From: Chiloscyllium plagiosum
Lineage: Eukaryota
DNA length: 64,000 bases
Assembly (NCBI RefSeq): GCF_004010195.1
Contig: NC_057718.1
Span: 14,463,578 to 14,527,577, forward strand
Reading direction: 5' to 3'
Shown here one piece after another: positions 9,671 to 22,399 of the stretch (the first letter of the stretch is position 1; every line of letters starts with the position of its first letter). Below the pieces are notes generated by a model. That model did not search any database, was not told the origin of the DNA, and was given only the letters and a program-made list of their open reading frames with translations. A program made the translations under genes and the position numbers.

Positions 9671-12348
9671 GCTAAGGCTATTGGGGTGGGTTTAAACTAA
9701 TCCAGCAGGGGGATGGGAACCAAAATTGTAGTTCGAGTATAGAAAAGGTTGAGAGTGGGGAGGTCCGAAATCAATTTTCAGGGATGCAAGGTGGCACCGG
9801 CAAGCAAGAGGTTGGTTTGAAGTGTGTCTACTTCAACGCCAGGAGCATCCGGAATAAGGTGGGTGAACTTGCAGCATAGGTTGGTACCTGGGACTTCGAC
9901 GTTGTGGCCATTTCGGAGACATGGATAGAGCAGGGACAGGAATGGTTGTTGCAGGTTCCAGGATTTAGATGTTTCAGTAAGAACAGAGAAGATGGTAAAA
10001 GAGGGGGAGGTGTGGCATTGTTGGTCAAGGATAGTATTACAGTTGCAGTAAGGATGTTAGGGGACTCATCAACTGAGGTGGTATGCGCTGAAGTTGGAAA
10101 CAGGAAAGGAGAGGTCACCCTGTTGGGGGTTTTCTATAGGCCTCTGAATAGTTCCAGAGATGTAGAGGAAAGGATAGCAAAGATGATTCTCGATAGGAGT
10201 GAGAGAAACAGAGTAGTTGTCATGGGGGACTTCAACTTTCCAAATATTGACTGGGAACACTATAGTACGAGTACTATAGATGGGTCAGTTTTTGTCCAGT
10301 GTGTGCAGGAGGGCTTCCTGACACAGTATGTAGACAGTCCAACAAGGGGCGAGGCCACATTAGATTTGGTACTGGGTAATGAGCCCGGCCAGGTGTTAGA
10401 CTTGGACGTAAGTGAGCACTTTGGTGATAGCGATCACAATTCTGTTATGTTTACTTTAGTGATAGAAAGGGATAGGTGTAAAGCACTGGGCAAGAGTTAC
10501 AGCTGGGGGAAAGGCAGTTACGATGCGATTCAGCAAGATTTGGGAAGCATGGGATAGGGACGGAAACTGCAGGGGATGGACACATTAGAAATGTGGAGCT
10601 TATTCAAGGAAAAGCTCCTGAGTGTCCTAGATAAGTATGTACCTGTCAGGCAGGGAGGAAGCTGTAGAGCGCGGGAGCCATGGTTTAAGAAGGAAGTGGA
10701 ATCTCTGGTCAAGTGAAAGAAGAAGGCTTATGTTCGGATAAGATGTGAAGGCTCAGTTAGGGCGCTTGAGGGTTACAAGGTAGCCAGGAAAGACCTAAAA
10801 AGAGAGTTCAGAAGAGCCAGGAGGAGACGTGAGAACTTGTTGGCGGATAGGATCAAGGTAAACCCTAAGGCTTTCTATAGGTATTTAAAGAATAAAAGTA
10901 AGATTAGGGCCAATCAAGGATAGTAGTGGGAAGTTGTGTGTGGAGTAAGAGGAGATGGGGAAGCACTAAATGAATATTTTTTGACAGTATTCACTCCAGA
11001 AATGACAATGTTGTCAAGGAGAATACTGAGATACAGGCTACTAGACTAGGTGGGATTGAGGTTCACAATGAAGAGGTAGTAGAAATCCTGCAGAGTGTGA
11101 AAATAGATAAGTCTCCTGGGCCAGATGGGATTTATCCTAGGATCCTCTGGGAAGCCAGGGAGGAGATTGCCGAGCCTTTGGCATTGATCTTTAAATTGTC
11201 ATTGTCTACAGGAATAGTGCCAGAAGACTGGAGGATAGCAAATGTGGTTCCCCTGTNNNNNNNNNNNNNNNNNNNNNNNNNNNNNNNNNNNNNNNNNNNN
11301 NNNNNNNNNNNNNNNNNNNNNNNNNNNNNNNNNNNNNNNNNNNNNNNNNNNNNNNNNNNNNNNNNNNNNNNNNNNNNNNNNNNNNNNNNNNNNNNNNNNN
11401 NNNNNNNNNNNNNNNNNNNNNNNNNNNNNNNNNNNNNNNNNNNNNNNNNNNNNNNNNNNNNNNNNNNNNNNNNNATAAACGACCTGGATGAGGGTGTAGA
11501 AGGATGGGTTAGTAAATTTGCAGACGGCACTAAGGTCAGTGGAGTTGTGGATAGTGACGAAGGATGTTGTAGGTTACAGAGAGACATAGATAAGCTGCAG
11601 AGCTGGGCTAAGAGGTGGCAAATGGAGTTTAATGTGGACAAGTGTGAGGTGATTCACTTTGGTCGGAGTAACTGGAATGCAAAGTACTGGGCTAATGGTA
11701 AGATTCTTGGTCATGTAGATGAGCAGAGAGATCTCGGTGTCCAGGTACACAGATCCTTGAAAGTTGCCACCCAGGTTGACAGGGCTGTTAAGAAGGCATA
11801 CAGCTTTTATTAATTGAGGGATTGAGTTCCAGAACCAAGAGGTTATGCTACAGCTGTACAAAACTCTGGTGCGGCCTCACTTGGAGTATTGTGTACAGTT
11901 CTGGTCACCGCATTATAAGAAGGATGTGGAAGCTTTGGAAAGGGTGCAGAAGAGATTTACTAGGATGTTGCCTCGTTGGAAGAAAGAAGGTTGAGAGGTG
12001 ACTTAATAGAGACATAAAGATAATCAGAGGGTTAGATAGGGTGGACAGGGAGAGCCTTTTTCCAAGTATGGTGACAGCGAGCACGAGGGGGCTTAGCTTT
12101 AAATTGAGGGGTGATAGATACAGGACAGATGTCAGAGGTAGTTTCTTTACTCAGAGAGTAGTAAGGGTATGGAATGCTTTGCCTGCAACGATAGATTCGC
12201 CAACTTTAAGTACATTTAAGTTGCCATTGAACAAGCAAATGGACGTACACGAAATAGTGTAGGTGGGATGGGCTTCAGATTGGTATGACAGGTCGGCGCA
12301 ACATCGAGGGCCGAAGTGCCTTTACTGCGCTGTAATGTTCTATGTTCT
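9671..12348 (+). mobile_element. CR1 LINE ORF2 remnant (APE + RT), 5' truncated, with stops and frameshifts
   Basis: APE motifs YFNARS, GVFYRP, MGDFNFP, DSDH. RT motifs KSPGPDG and SKFADGT. Tail aatgttctatgttcta. Inserted into an older minus-strand CR1 tail. Confidence 0.92.
11257..11474. other. Assembly gap
   Basis: N run. Confidence 1.
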
Positions 12349-12830
12349 AACCCTATTTGCCTGCACATGGTCTATGTTCCCTGCCTGTTCATGTGTCTGT
12401 CTAAATGTCTCTTAAATGTTGCTAACATATCTGCTTTTACCACTTCCCCTGGCAGAGTGTTCCAGGCGTCTACCCTCCTCTGCATAAAATGCTTGCCTTA
12501 CACATCTCCTTTCAACTTGCCCCCACCCTCCCCTCACCTTAAACTTATGTCCCCTTGTATTCGCCATTTCCACCCTGGGAAAATGACTCTGACTATCCAT
12601 GCCTCTCATACTTTTAAGTACATCTATCAGGTTGCTCCTCATCCTCTTACACTCTAGCGAAAACAATACAAGTTGGTCCAACCTCTCCTTTAAGCTAATA
12701 TACTCCAATCCAGGAAACATCCTGGGAAATCCTTTTTGCAAAGACTCCATATCCTATAGTGTGGTGACCAGAACTGCACAGAGCCCTCCAAAAGTGGCCT
12801 AAGTAAAAATTTGTACAGCTGCAACATGGT
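12349..12830 (-). mobile_element. Older CR1 3' fragment (its extreme tail lies at 9597-9670)
   Basis: RPLLEGSVQFWSPHY and RGHKFKVRGG motifs on minus. Confidence 0.8.
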
Positions 12831-13339
12831 GTTCCGGTCTGAGTCCATGCCTGACAGGGTACTGCAGTGGAACAATGCAGTCCATTAGCCATGTGCAGTG
12901 CTACTGTCATGTTTGACACCATAACATCAGTAAGCACAGAACACAGGCTATGTATAAGCCTGAGATCTTACAACAGTGGAACTAGTTAGTGGTGTTAATA
13001 AACTTCAAGTCTTCTGTCTCAATAAAAACTCAGTGTCCTGGCCGTTGTCAGTAATGGCAATCATTTGCTAACGAAAATGATTATCCGTTCTGTGTCACTA
13101 GTCATAGTTTCTCTGAATCCTTGCATTGCTGATTGGACCAATCACAGGCCACACACTAAATAAGTGTTTCTGGGAGACGGAATTTGTCTTTGGCCCTGAG
13201 GTTACTGGCATTGCTCTTTCTGTGCCCTTTCCCATAATTCCTCTGACTGCTAGGGGTTCGAAAGAACTGTGTAGCTTTATACAGGAGCTTCCTCCAAGTC
13301 AACTTCTTCTGAACGTGCTAATACCAAGATCCTTGCCAT

Positions 13340-13975
13340 TGAGTCATAGAGATGTACAGCACGGAAACAGACCCTGTGTCCAACCTGTCCATGCTGACCA
13401 GATATCCCAACCCAATCTAGTCCCACCTGCCAGCACCTGGCCCATATCCCTCCAAACCCTTCCTATTCATATACCCATTCAAATGCCTCTTAAATGTTGC
13501 AATTGTACCAGCCTCCACCACATCCTCTGGCAGNNNNNNNNNNNNNNNNNNNNNNNNNNNNNNNNNNNNNNNNNNNNNNNNNNNNNNNNNNNNNNNNNNN
13601 NNNNNNNNNNNNNNNNNNNNNNNNNNNNNNNNNNNNNNNNNNTAAACCTCTATAAGGTCACCCCTCAGCCTCTGACACTCCAGGGAAAACAGCCCCAGCC
13701 TGTTCAGCCTCTCCCTGTAGCTCAAATCCTCCAACTCTGGCAACATCCTTGTAAATCCGTTTTGAACCCTTTCAAGTTTCACAACATCTTTCTGATAGGA
13801 AGGAGACCAGAACTGCATGCAATATTCCAACAATGCAATGTCCTGTACAGCCGCAACATGACCTCCCAACTCCTGTACTCAGTACTCTGACTGATAAAGG
13901 AAAGCATACCAAACGCCGCCTTCACTATCTTATCTACCTGCGACTCCACTTTCAAGGAGCTATGAGCCTGCACTT
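13340..13975 (-). mobile_element. CR1/HER1 LINE 3' fragment
   Basis: LLEYCMQFWSPSYQKDVVKLERVQ and gagtcatagag tail. Confidence 0.9.
13534..13641. other. Assembly gap
   Basis: N run. Confidence 1.
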
Positions 13976-14807
13976 GATTGATGCTGAGAAGCCCAGTGAA
14001 TGGGAGGTGTCATCTGAGAAGAAATTTGAGGTCTTTGACCTACAGGAAGTTCTTGTTGTGGGTGACATGTTGAACATCTGGACAGCAAGCAAATATTTTT
14101 CCACATAACTTGTACTTTAATCACACAGTTTAGATTTGTGCTCTGCCTGAAATGTTCACAGACCATTTCTGGAACTCTTAGATCCTTATTCACGACACTG
14201 GAATCCTCTGAAAGAAACTTGTAAGTTTGAAGCTTTTGCATTAATAAATATATACTTATTAAATAACATTTTGTTTCTTTAAAGATCTTTCAACCTCCTG
14301 CTTATCTGACCTTTGAAATTAAAATGTTACATTTCAACTTTGTTTATTCCTTTGCTATATTGTCCCTTTTCTCTCATCATAGGGTCATGCTCTCAGTATT
14401 GATCCAGGCCAAATTTAAAGCTCCAAAAGTTTATAACACAGATTCTTTTAAAAAATGAAATACTCCATGGCTTGCAGCCCTAAAGGGAATTGTAAGTCTT
14501 TCCATGACATGCCATTTGGCAAATGGTTCCACAAAAGATGAATAACTCACAACCACAACCATTCAACATTACAAGCAAATAAAATGCAAAAGGTACAACT
14601 GCTTTCTATTACTGTTGTTTTTACCTGTTCAAGATGTTCAGGTTTTACAGTTATATCCATCTGTTAACATGTTTGATCCTTCTTTTCCTTGGTATCTTGT
14701 ATCCTTCCTGGTGAGTGCTCAGAGCATGGGCTACACGGGCCATTGCAAAAGCAGTCAGACCATATCATATTGGCTGTGCAGTTTGACCAGAGGAACGTCT
14801 CATGTTA

Positions 14808-15400
14808 TTGGATTGGATTGGATTTATTGTTATGTGTAACTAAGTACAGTGAAAAGCTTCATTTGTGAGCAGTGCAGGCGGATCATGGTAAGCAAGGAGA
14901 TACAGGACGAGAAAGCACCAGGAGAGAGTGAGGTATACAGGTGACACCACACAAGATGTGCACAAGGGGAGGTCAACATTACAGGACGAGAAAGCACCAG
15001 GAGAGAGTGAGGTATACAGGTGACACCACACAAGATGTGCACAAGGGGAGGTCAACATTACAGGACGAGAAAGCACCAGGATAGAGTGAGGTATACAGGT
15101 GACACCACACAAGATGTGCACAAGGGGAGGTCAACATTACAGGACGAGAAAGCACCAGGAGAGAATGAGGTATACAGGTGACACCACACAAGATGTGCAC
15201 AAGTGGAGGTCAACATTAACATTATTTCATCAGTTTAATAATGGCAGGGAAGAAGCTGCTCCTGAACCTGCTGGTACGTGTATTCAAGCTTCTGTATCTG
15301 CCTGATGGAAGAGGTTGTAGGAGAGCGTTACTGGGGTGGGATGGGTCTTTGATGGTGTTGGCAGCCTTTCCGCGGCAATGAGGTGTATAAATGGAGCAGA
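14808..15400 (-). mobile_element. LINE 3' end (Rex1/Babar-like) hosting a tandem array
   Basis: (gattg)n tail plus tttatt, and a ggaagaagctgctcctgaacctg ORF end. Family assigned by recall only. Confidence 0.5.
14901..15218. repeat. 79-bp tandem repeat, 4 near-identical copies
   Basis: acaggacgagaaagcacc... recurs at 14902, 14981, 15060 and 15139. Confidence 0.95.
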
Positions 15401-15509
15401 GATGTGTAAATGTAAACGCTGTGATTGTTATTTTTGGCTTTGTACCATTGAATACTTAGTCATTTCTAACTCTTCCCTTTCACTTTCTCAGAATTAGACC
15501 TCTAACCAT

Positions 15510-15625
15510 TTCCAGGTGAAAGGTCATAGACCTGAAACGTTAACCCTAGGCTTTCTCTCTCTCTCCACAGATGTTTCCAGCACTGTCCATCTTTCAGATT
15601 TCCAGGAACAGCATTACTTTTGCAT
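15510..15625 (+). mobile_element. PLE family C fragment, decayed hammerhead
   Basis: ggtgaaaggtcatagacct-GAAACGTT-aac followed by the family body ctctccacagatg. Confidence 0.55.
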
Positions 15626-16319
15626 TTCTTTCTCGATGTGAATGCGGTTTTGGTTTGGAACACCCTCAGTGTTCCTTGTGCAACCCACCTGTGCTAGTCA
15701 ATACCCTAAAGTGCATTTAGAATTTATCTGTGTGGATTCTAGGACATTATTCAAGGACGGATGAACTCTTAAAAAATTCACAACTTTCAAACTCTCTGAG
15801 GTATTTTTGAAACAGATAGGTTTCAGTCCACTTCATGTCAGGAGGCAATGACTTCACTCGACAAGGGCATTAATACAGAAGATGCTTAAAGTTCTACATC
15901 TGCATCTCTTATTCACTGGCTCATACTTTGGCTCAGTGCCTCTGATGTTTATATGAAGTGAAATGTTGACATGCAGCTTTGGATTGACACGCGTACTGTA
16001 AAAATAAATGACTTCCTACATGCATTAACATGTTTACATGGCAGGGGAATTTGACAGAACCTGATAATTCCGTGGCATGAATCAAACCATTGGGATGCAT
16101 CAGATTTACTGTCAGGCTCCAGCTCACTTGTAGGTGACTTGAATCAAAAGGAACGCGCAGTTTTTGACAATTTATTTAGTTCATTTAGACACAGGCTTAT
16201 TCCTCTTAGGGAAAATTCTCATTTTCGATCAGCGCTTTCTCAGGACAAAGTTCTCAGTCCCCTCATGACAAAGATCCTCTTGTTACTTTTAATACACTTT
16301 GATTTCTAAGTGAACAAAA

Positions 16320-17800
16320 CAACATAAGAACTAAAAGTAGACGAAAGCCATTCAGTCCCTTGATCTGGCTCTGTCAGTATGTTGTTCCAATGTACTTTCG
16401 ATCACAAGATATAGGCGCAGAATTAGGCCGCTTGGCCCATCGCAACCTTGTTGACCTCGTAACCCCTGATCCCCTTACTAATCAAGAACCTAACTATCTC
16501 TGTCTTATATACACTCAATCACTTGGCTTCAACAGCCTTGTGTGGCAATGAGTCCCACAGATTCACCACCCTCTGGCTAAAGAATTCCTCATCTCAGTTC
16601 CAAAGGGTCATTACTTCACTCTGAGGCTGTGCCCTTGGGTCCTAATCTCTCCTACTAGTGGGAGCATCTTCTCCATGTCCACTCCACGCAGGCCTCTCAG
16701 CATTCTAAGTTTCAATCCGATCTCCCCTCATCATTCTAAACTCCAATACAGATGCATGGTCCTCCACCGCTCCTCATATGTCAAGCTCTTCATCACCGGG
16801 ATCATTGCTGTAAACCTCCTCTGGACTCCCTCCAATGCCAAAACATCCTTCCTTAGATTATAGGGCCCAATACTCAAGGTCAAATAGTTGAAATACAGCC
16901 ACTATGTATCCAACTGCAGCAAAACCAAACAAATATTCATATACCCATCCAGGTGCCTTTTAAATGCTGTAATTGTACCAGCCGCCACCACTTCCTCTGG
17001 CAGCTCATTCCATACACTCACCGTACTGCATGAAAATGTAGCCCCTCCAGGTCTCTTTTAAATCTTTCCCCTCTCACCTTAATACAGAGGATGATGCCAT
17101 CTAGTTTTAGACTCCCCTACCATGGGAAAAAGACATTGACTATTCACCCTATTCACTCATGATTTTATGAACTTCCTTAAGGTAGCCCCTCATTCTCTGA
17201 CGCTCCAGGGAAAACAGCTCCACCCTTTTCAGCCTCTCCCTATAGCTCAAACCCTCCAAACCCAGCAACATCCTTGTAAATCTTTTCAGAACCCTTTCAA
17301 GTTCAGCAACATATTTCCTATAGCAGGGAGAACAGAATTGAACACAGTATTCCAAAAGTGACCTAACCAATTTCCTGTACCCTCAATGCACTGACCAATA
17401 AAGGCAAACGTATCAAATGCCTTCTTCACTAACTTGTCTACTTGCAACTCTACCTTCATGGAATCAATAACCTGCACTCCAAGGTGTTTTTATTCAGCGG
17501 CACTCCCCAGGATCCTTCCATTCCGTGTATAAGTCCTGCCCTGGTTTGCCTTACCAAAACATAGCACCTCACATTTATCTAAATGAAACTCCATCTGCAA
17601 CTCCTCAAATTGTTGTCCCATTGATCAAGGTCCCATTGTACTCTGAGATAACCTTCTTCACTGTGCATTCCCCCCCAGTTTTGGCGTCATCTGCAAACCT
17701 ACTAACCATTCCTCCTATATTCGCATTCAAATCACTTACGTAGATGACAAATAAAAGGACCCAGCACCAATCCTTTGAGGCAAATCACTGGTCACAAACA
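16320..17800 (-). mobile_element. Two adjacent CR1/L2-clade LINE fragments
   Basis: RSLLEYCVQFCSPCY and FADDAK motifs on minus. Junction near 16870-16935. Confidence 0.8.
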
Positions 17801-18169
17801 AATTTCTGAACAAACATTTTAAAAGTATTTGATAATAAGGCACATGTGTAAAAAAGTAGATCAGAGAAGAGCCATCTTCATTTGAGACAAAAAAATACGT
17901 GCCCAAAGTTTACACGATTAGTTGGCAGAATGCAGAGAGGTGCCAGTTCTTTCTGATCTCCTTTTTTCCATGTACACTTATCTTGCTGTAAAGACCCACT
18001 TACTTCACCGATGTACTTTTGGGAACAAAACCTGCCCTCCTTACCTAGTTTGGGCCACATTGGACTCCAGACCCACAACAACTTGGGTGGCTCTGAACTG
18101 CCCTCTGAAATAGTTGAGAGTGTGTTGCTGGAAAAGCACAGCAGGTCAGCAGCACCCGAGGAGCAGGAA

Positions 18170-18205
18170 ATTCGACGTTTCGGGCCTGAGCTCTTCATCA
18201 GGAAT
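18170..18205 (-). ncRNA. Minimal hammerhead ribozyme (family B)
   Basis: attc-CTGATGA-agagctcaggccc-GAAAC-GTC-gaat: 4-bp stem I, one stem II mismatch. Confidence 0.7.
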
Positions 18206-18840
18206 GAGGCTAGGAGCCTCGGGGACGCAGGAATTGCAAAACCTGTGCCCACACCTCCCCCCTCACCTCCGTCTAAGGCCCCAAAAAAGCCTTTTACATC
18301 CATCAAAGTTTCACCTGCACTTCCACAGATGTCATTTATTGTACCCATCGCTCCTGATGCGGTCTCCTCTACATTGGGGAGACTGCACACCTTCTCGCAG
18401 AGCGCCTCAGAGAACATCTCCAGGACACCCGCACCAATCAACCCCACCACCCTGTGGCCAAACATTTCAACTCCCCCTCCCACTCTACCGAGGACATGTA
18501 GATCCACCATCGCCACTCCCTCACCACCTGACTCAATGAGGAAGAACGCTTCATCTTCCATCTCGGAACACTTCAACCCCAGGGCATCAATGTGGACTTC
18601 ACCAGTTTCCTCATTTCCCCTCTCACCACCTTCCAGTTCCAACCTTCCAGCTCAGCACTGTCCTCATGACCTGTCCTACCTGTTAATCTTCCTTCCCACC
18701 TATCTGTTCCATCCTCCGAACTATCACCTTCATCCCCACCTCCATCCACCTACTGCACTCTTAGCTACCTTTCCCCCAGCCCCACCCTCCTCTCATTTAT
18801 CTCTTCACCCCCGAGGCTCCCAGCCTCATTCCTGATGAAG

Positions 18841-19049
18841 GAGTGTATGGAATGAGCTGCCAGAGGATGTGGTGGAGGCTGGTACAATTGCAACATTTAA
18901 CAGGCATTTGAATGGGTATATGATTAGGAAGGGTTTGGAGGGATATGGGCCGGGTGCTGGCAGGTGGGACTAGATTGGGTTGGGATATCTGATTGGCATG
19001 GATGGGTTGGACCGAAGCGTCTGTTTCCATGCTGTACACCTCTATGACT
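18841..19049 (+). mobile_element. CR1/HER1 3' end inserted inside the pLTR hammerhead
   Basis: Separates cCTGATGAag (about 18832) from ctgcacGAAAagtt (about 19051). Confidence 0.8.
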
Positions 19050-19439
19050 CCTGCACGAAAAGTTGATTTTTCTGCTGTTTGGATGCTGCCTGACCTGCTG
19101 TGCTTTTCCAGTAACACACTCTCAACTCTGATCTCCAGCATGTGTGGAGCTCTCTGCCATCTGAAATAGCCCAGCAAGCCACTCAGTTCAAGGGCAACAA
19201 GTGGCGACCTACCAGGATGATCACTTCCCCTGAAACAATGAAAGAAAAAAAGACACATTTCAGTTTCTGGTAACTATCTGGACATTTTGTTTACATCAAG
19301 ACTAAATATACCTAATATGTCCATGAAATATCAGATGGTTAAAAACATGTTACCTCATGAGCCTGTTCTTGTTGCTCGGCAGAAAGCCCTTGAACTATCC
19401 TGTAATTGCCACCACTCCCTTTAACATATTTAAAGATTT

Positions 19440-19745
19440 TTATTTATTCACTTATTGAACATGGGTGCCATTGACTGGGCCCAGCATTTATTGCTCATCC
19501 TTAGTTGCCCTTTGAGAAGGTGGTGGTGAGCTGTTTTCTTGGACCACTGCAGTCCATACCTCGTAGGCCATTTAGGGAGAGGATTCCAGGATTTTGACCC
19601 AGTGACAGTGAAAGAACGGTGAAATATTTTCAAGTCCAGATGGTGAGCGGCTTGGAAGAGAACTTGCAGGTAGTGGTGTTCCCATTTGGCTGCTGTCCTT
19701 GTCCTTCTAGATGGTAGTCTCATGGGGTTGAGAAGGTGCTGTCTC
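19440..19745 (-). mobile_element. LINE 3' fragment
   Basis: Reverse complement of the 7620-7930 family. Confidence 0.6.
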
Positions 19746-20434
19746 ATATTGCTTTCCACACTGCTCATTTGTTTACTGTTTTCATATTTTTATGATGTAA
19801 TTATTCGTTCTCATTGCTAATTATTCATCTATATGTGCTTTTTAATGAACAGTGTACTCATAACAAAGTTCTGAGTGGACAATAGATTCACATTGAAAAC
19901 AAATCTCCAGCAGTATTTCCCACAGTCTCTCAATGAGATCAAAGTCATCTTGTAGTGATTTCTCTTGTTCTCATGTACAAATCTATATAAATTACCATTT
20001 ATCAATATTTCTCCATGTCCTCCCACATATTTTCTTGATATTTAAGGTGCATTTTTTAATTAATTGGGAGCAGGAGATGGATGATTGAGTTTGGAGTAAG
20101 GTACTGCTCTTTTTATGTGGCTGGGAGATATCTACTGCAAAAACCTGCATTTAGGTAGCACCTTTAACAAAATAAAATGCCTCAAGGTCCTTCACAGAAA
20201 CATTAGGAAACAAAATGAGAAGCTGAATCACATGAGTTGTTAGATCAGGTAACCAATAGGAGAAAATGGATCAGAGTCGAACAGTATGGTGCTGGTTAAA
20301 GATGTAGGTCAATGGTGGAGAGCTGTGCAGAAGTTTGCAAAGACAGGAAGGATTGTTGAGCCATGAGACGATTTGGAAACGCGGGTGAACGTTTTAAAAA
20401 TTGAGGCATACTTACACCACCTCTATTGGATTTA

Positions 20435-20708
20435 ATCATAGAATCGTTGCAGTGTGGAAGCCACTGAGTCCAGACTGACCCTCGGAACACTTATCCCCCT
20501 ACCCTATACCTGTAACCCTGCATGTCCCACAGCCAATCCACCTAACCTGCACACCTTTGAACTGTGGGAGGAAACCAGAGCACTTGGAGGGAACCAAACA
20601 GACACAGGGAGAACATGCAAACTCCACACTGACATTCGCCTGAGGGGGAAATCAAACCTGGGTCCCTGGCACTGTGAGGCAGCAGTGCTAACCACTGAGC
20701 CTCTGTGC
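20435..20708 (-). mobile_element. HE1-type SINE
   Basis: Reverse-complement tRNA head gcagcagtgctaaccactgagcc plus core. Confidence 0.85.
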
Positions 20709-21339
20709 TACATACAATAGGAGCTCATTACCCTGACTGAGCATGAGGAACTGTCTGCTAAGGTAACTCTATATCAACGGGCACCTCAGACTTTGCAAAG
20801 AAATTTCCAGAAATTCCAGCCAGTTCCTTGCCTCAGACACAATCACCATTAGATCGAAGAATCCATCCCAAATGTCTCTGGTATCTCCAGTTATACAACA
20901 CAACACTTGAGTTATTAAACCTGAACAAAAAGAGCCCAATGTTAACTTCATTTAGACATCTCATAGGCTCACACCAGAAAAACTGTTCAGAAGTCTTCAC
21001 TGGTTCACCAAATGAGTGAATTATTTATCTATTGTGAGGCAACTTTTCAAAAGTCTTTTAAAAATCCACATTAATCACATCTATTGCATGACCATCCATG
21101 CTTTTAGTTTACATTTCACAAAAAGGCGATAGGTTTGGTCAACCAAGATTTCCCATTGCTAACTATTCATTTGTTGCATTTTTCTTTTGTACATAGGTTT
21201 GGAGGGATATGGGCCGGGTGCTGGCAGGTGGGACTAGAGTGGGTTGGGATATCTGGTCAGCATGGACGGGTTGGACCGAAGGGTTTGTTTCCATGCTGTA
21301 CATCTCCATGACTCTAAATCGACAATCAATTCTTCAACC

Positions 21340-21445
21340 TGTTCTGATGAAGAGTCATCCTGGACTCAAAACATTAACCCTACCCTTTTGGCTTGCCAGA
21401 CTTGCTGTTTTTTTCCAAAATTCTAGCATCCACAGTATTTTGCTT
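21340..21445 (+). mobile_element. PLE family C fragment, decayed hammerhead
   Basis: CTGATGA-agagtcatcctggactc-AAAACATT. Follows a CR1 tail at 21195-21316. Confidence 0.6.
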
Positions 21446-21692
21446 TTATTGCTTTGCAAGAGCTACTTGATAGAACTGTCAAAGAGACCTCACAGTGCTT
21501 TGCTGATTGAGAAGAGACAGATATAACAATAATTGGAAAGGTTGGATTTGTCCTGCTTTTTGTGGACAGTAAATGCCCGGGCAATTTTCCACATTGTCAG
21601 GTAGATGCCGGACATTATAGAATCCTGGCTGTGCGGAAGCAGGCCATTCAGCCCATCAAGTCCACACCGACCCATTCATCTCTGTAACCCTG

Positions 21693-21850
21693 GTAAAAAC
21701 AATGACTGCAGATGCTGGAAACCAGATTCTGGATTAGTGGTGCTGGAAGACCACAGCAGTTCAGGCAGCATCCAAGGAGCTTCGAAATCGACGTTTCGGG
21801 CAAAAGCCCTTCATCAGGAATAAAGGCAGTGAGCCCTGAAGCGTGGAAAG
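21693..21850 (-). mobile_element. PLE family B insertion with intact hammerhead core (21787-21820)
   Basis: ttc-CTGATGA-agggcttttgccc-GAAAC-GTC-gat. TSD accctg. Confidence 0.8.
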
Positions 21851-22044
21851 ACCCTGCATTGTCCATGGCTAATCAATCTGGCCTGCATACTATGGGCAAT
21901 TAAGCATGGCCAGTGCACCTAACCTGCACATCTTTGGACTATGGGAGGAAACCCACGCAGACACAGGGAGAATGTTCAAACTCCACACAGCCAATCACCT
22001 AAGGGTGGAATCGAACTTGGGTCCCTGACACTGTGAAGCAGTAG

Positions 22045-22254
22045 GAAAAAGTGAGGACTGCACTTGCTGGAGATCAGAGCTGAAAATGTGTTGCTGGAAA
22101 AGCGCAGCAGGTCAGGCAGCATCCAAGGAACAGGAGAATCGACGTTTCGGGCATAAGCCCTTCTTCAGGAATGGGCTTATGCCCGAAACGTCGATTCTCC
22201 TGTTGCTTGGATGTTGCCTGACCTGCTGCGCTTTTCCAGCAATACATTTTCAAT
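22045..22254. mobile_element. PLE family B inverted (palindromic) insertion with hammerhead 22138-22172 on minus
   Basis: 80-bp arms at 22081-22160 and 22173-22252. TSD tgtga[a/g]gcagtag at 22032-22044 and 22255-22267. Confidence 0.85.
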
Positions 22255-22399
22255 TGTGAGGCAGTAGAGCTAACCACTGAGCCACCATGCCCAGCGCTGT
22301 AGTTTTCAGCTGCCCAGTTGTTGTGATGTTTGCTATGCACATGTAAGTCTGTTTCTTTCTTTTACCAATACCCATGATTTAACTTATTGACAAGCACAG

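Larger units (their letters stand above)
18114..19153 (+). mobile_element. Neptune-like PLE remnant: inverted pLTR, GIY-YIG fragment and pLTR
   Basis: FTCTSTDVIYC...CGLLYIGET at about 18310-18385. Inverted pLTR at 18114-18225. TSD ctgcc[c/a]tctgaaatag at 18098-18113 and 19154-19169. Confidence 0.85.
21615..22295 (-). mobile_element. HE1-type SINE interrupted by two PLE insertions
   Basis: SINE segments at 21615-21692, 21851-22044 and 22255-22295 rejoin contiguously. Confidence 0.8.

Noticed and set aside
13975..14108. Protein-like stretch EKKFEVFDLQEVLVVGDMLNIW
   Set aside because: No recognisable family and no convincing splice sites. The ORF start lies in a LINE.
14625..14730. Minus-strand exon encoding MDITVKPEHLEQ, in phase with the array exon
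   Set aside because: Weak acceptor, upstream out-of-frame ATGs, and an equally plausible plus-strand AG/GT pair (14651-14710) overlaps it. Probably chance.
17878..18835. 254-aa and 274-aa ORFs
   Set aside because: Off-frame or antisense readings of a decayed PLE. The true GIY-YIG frame has stops.
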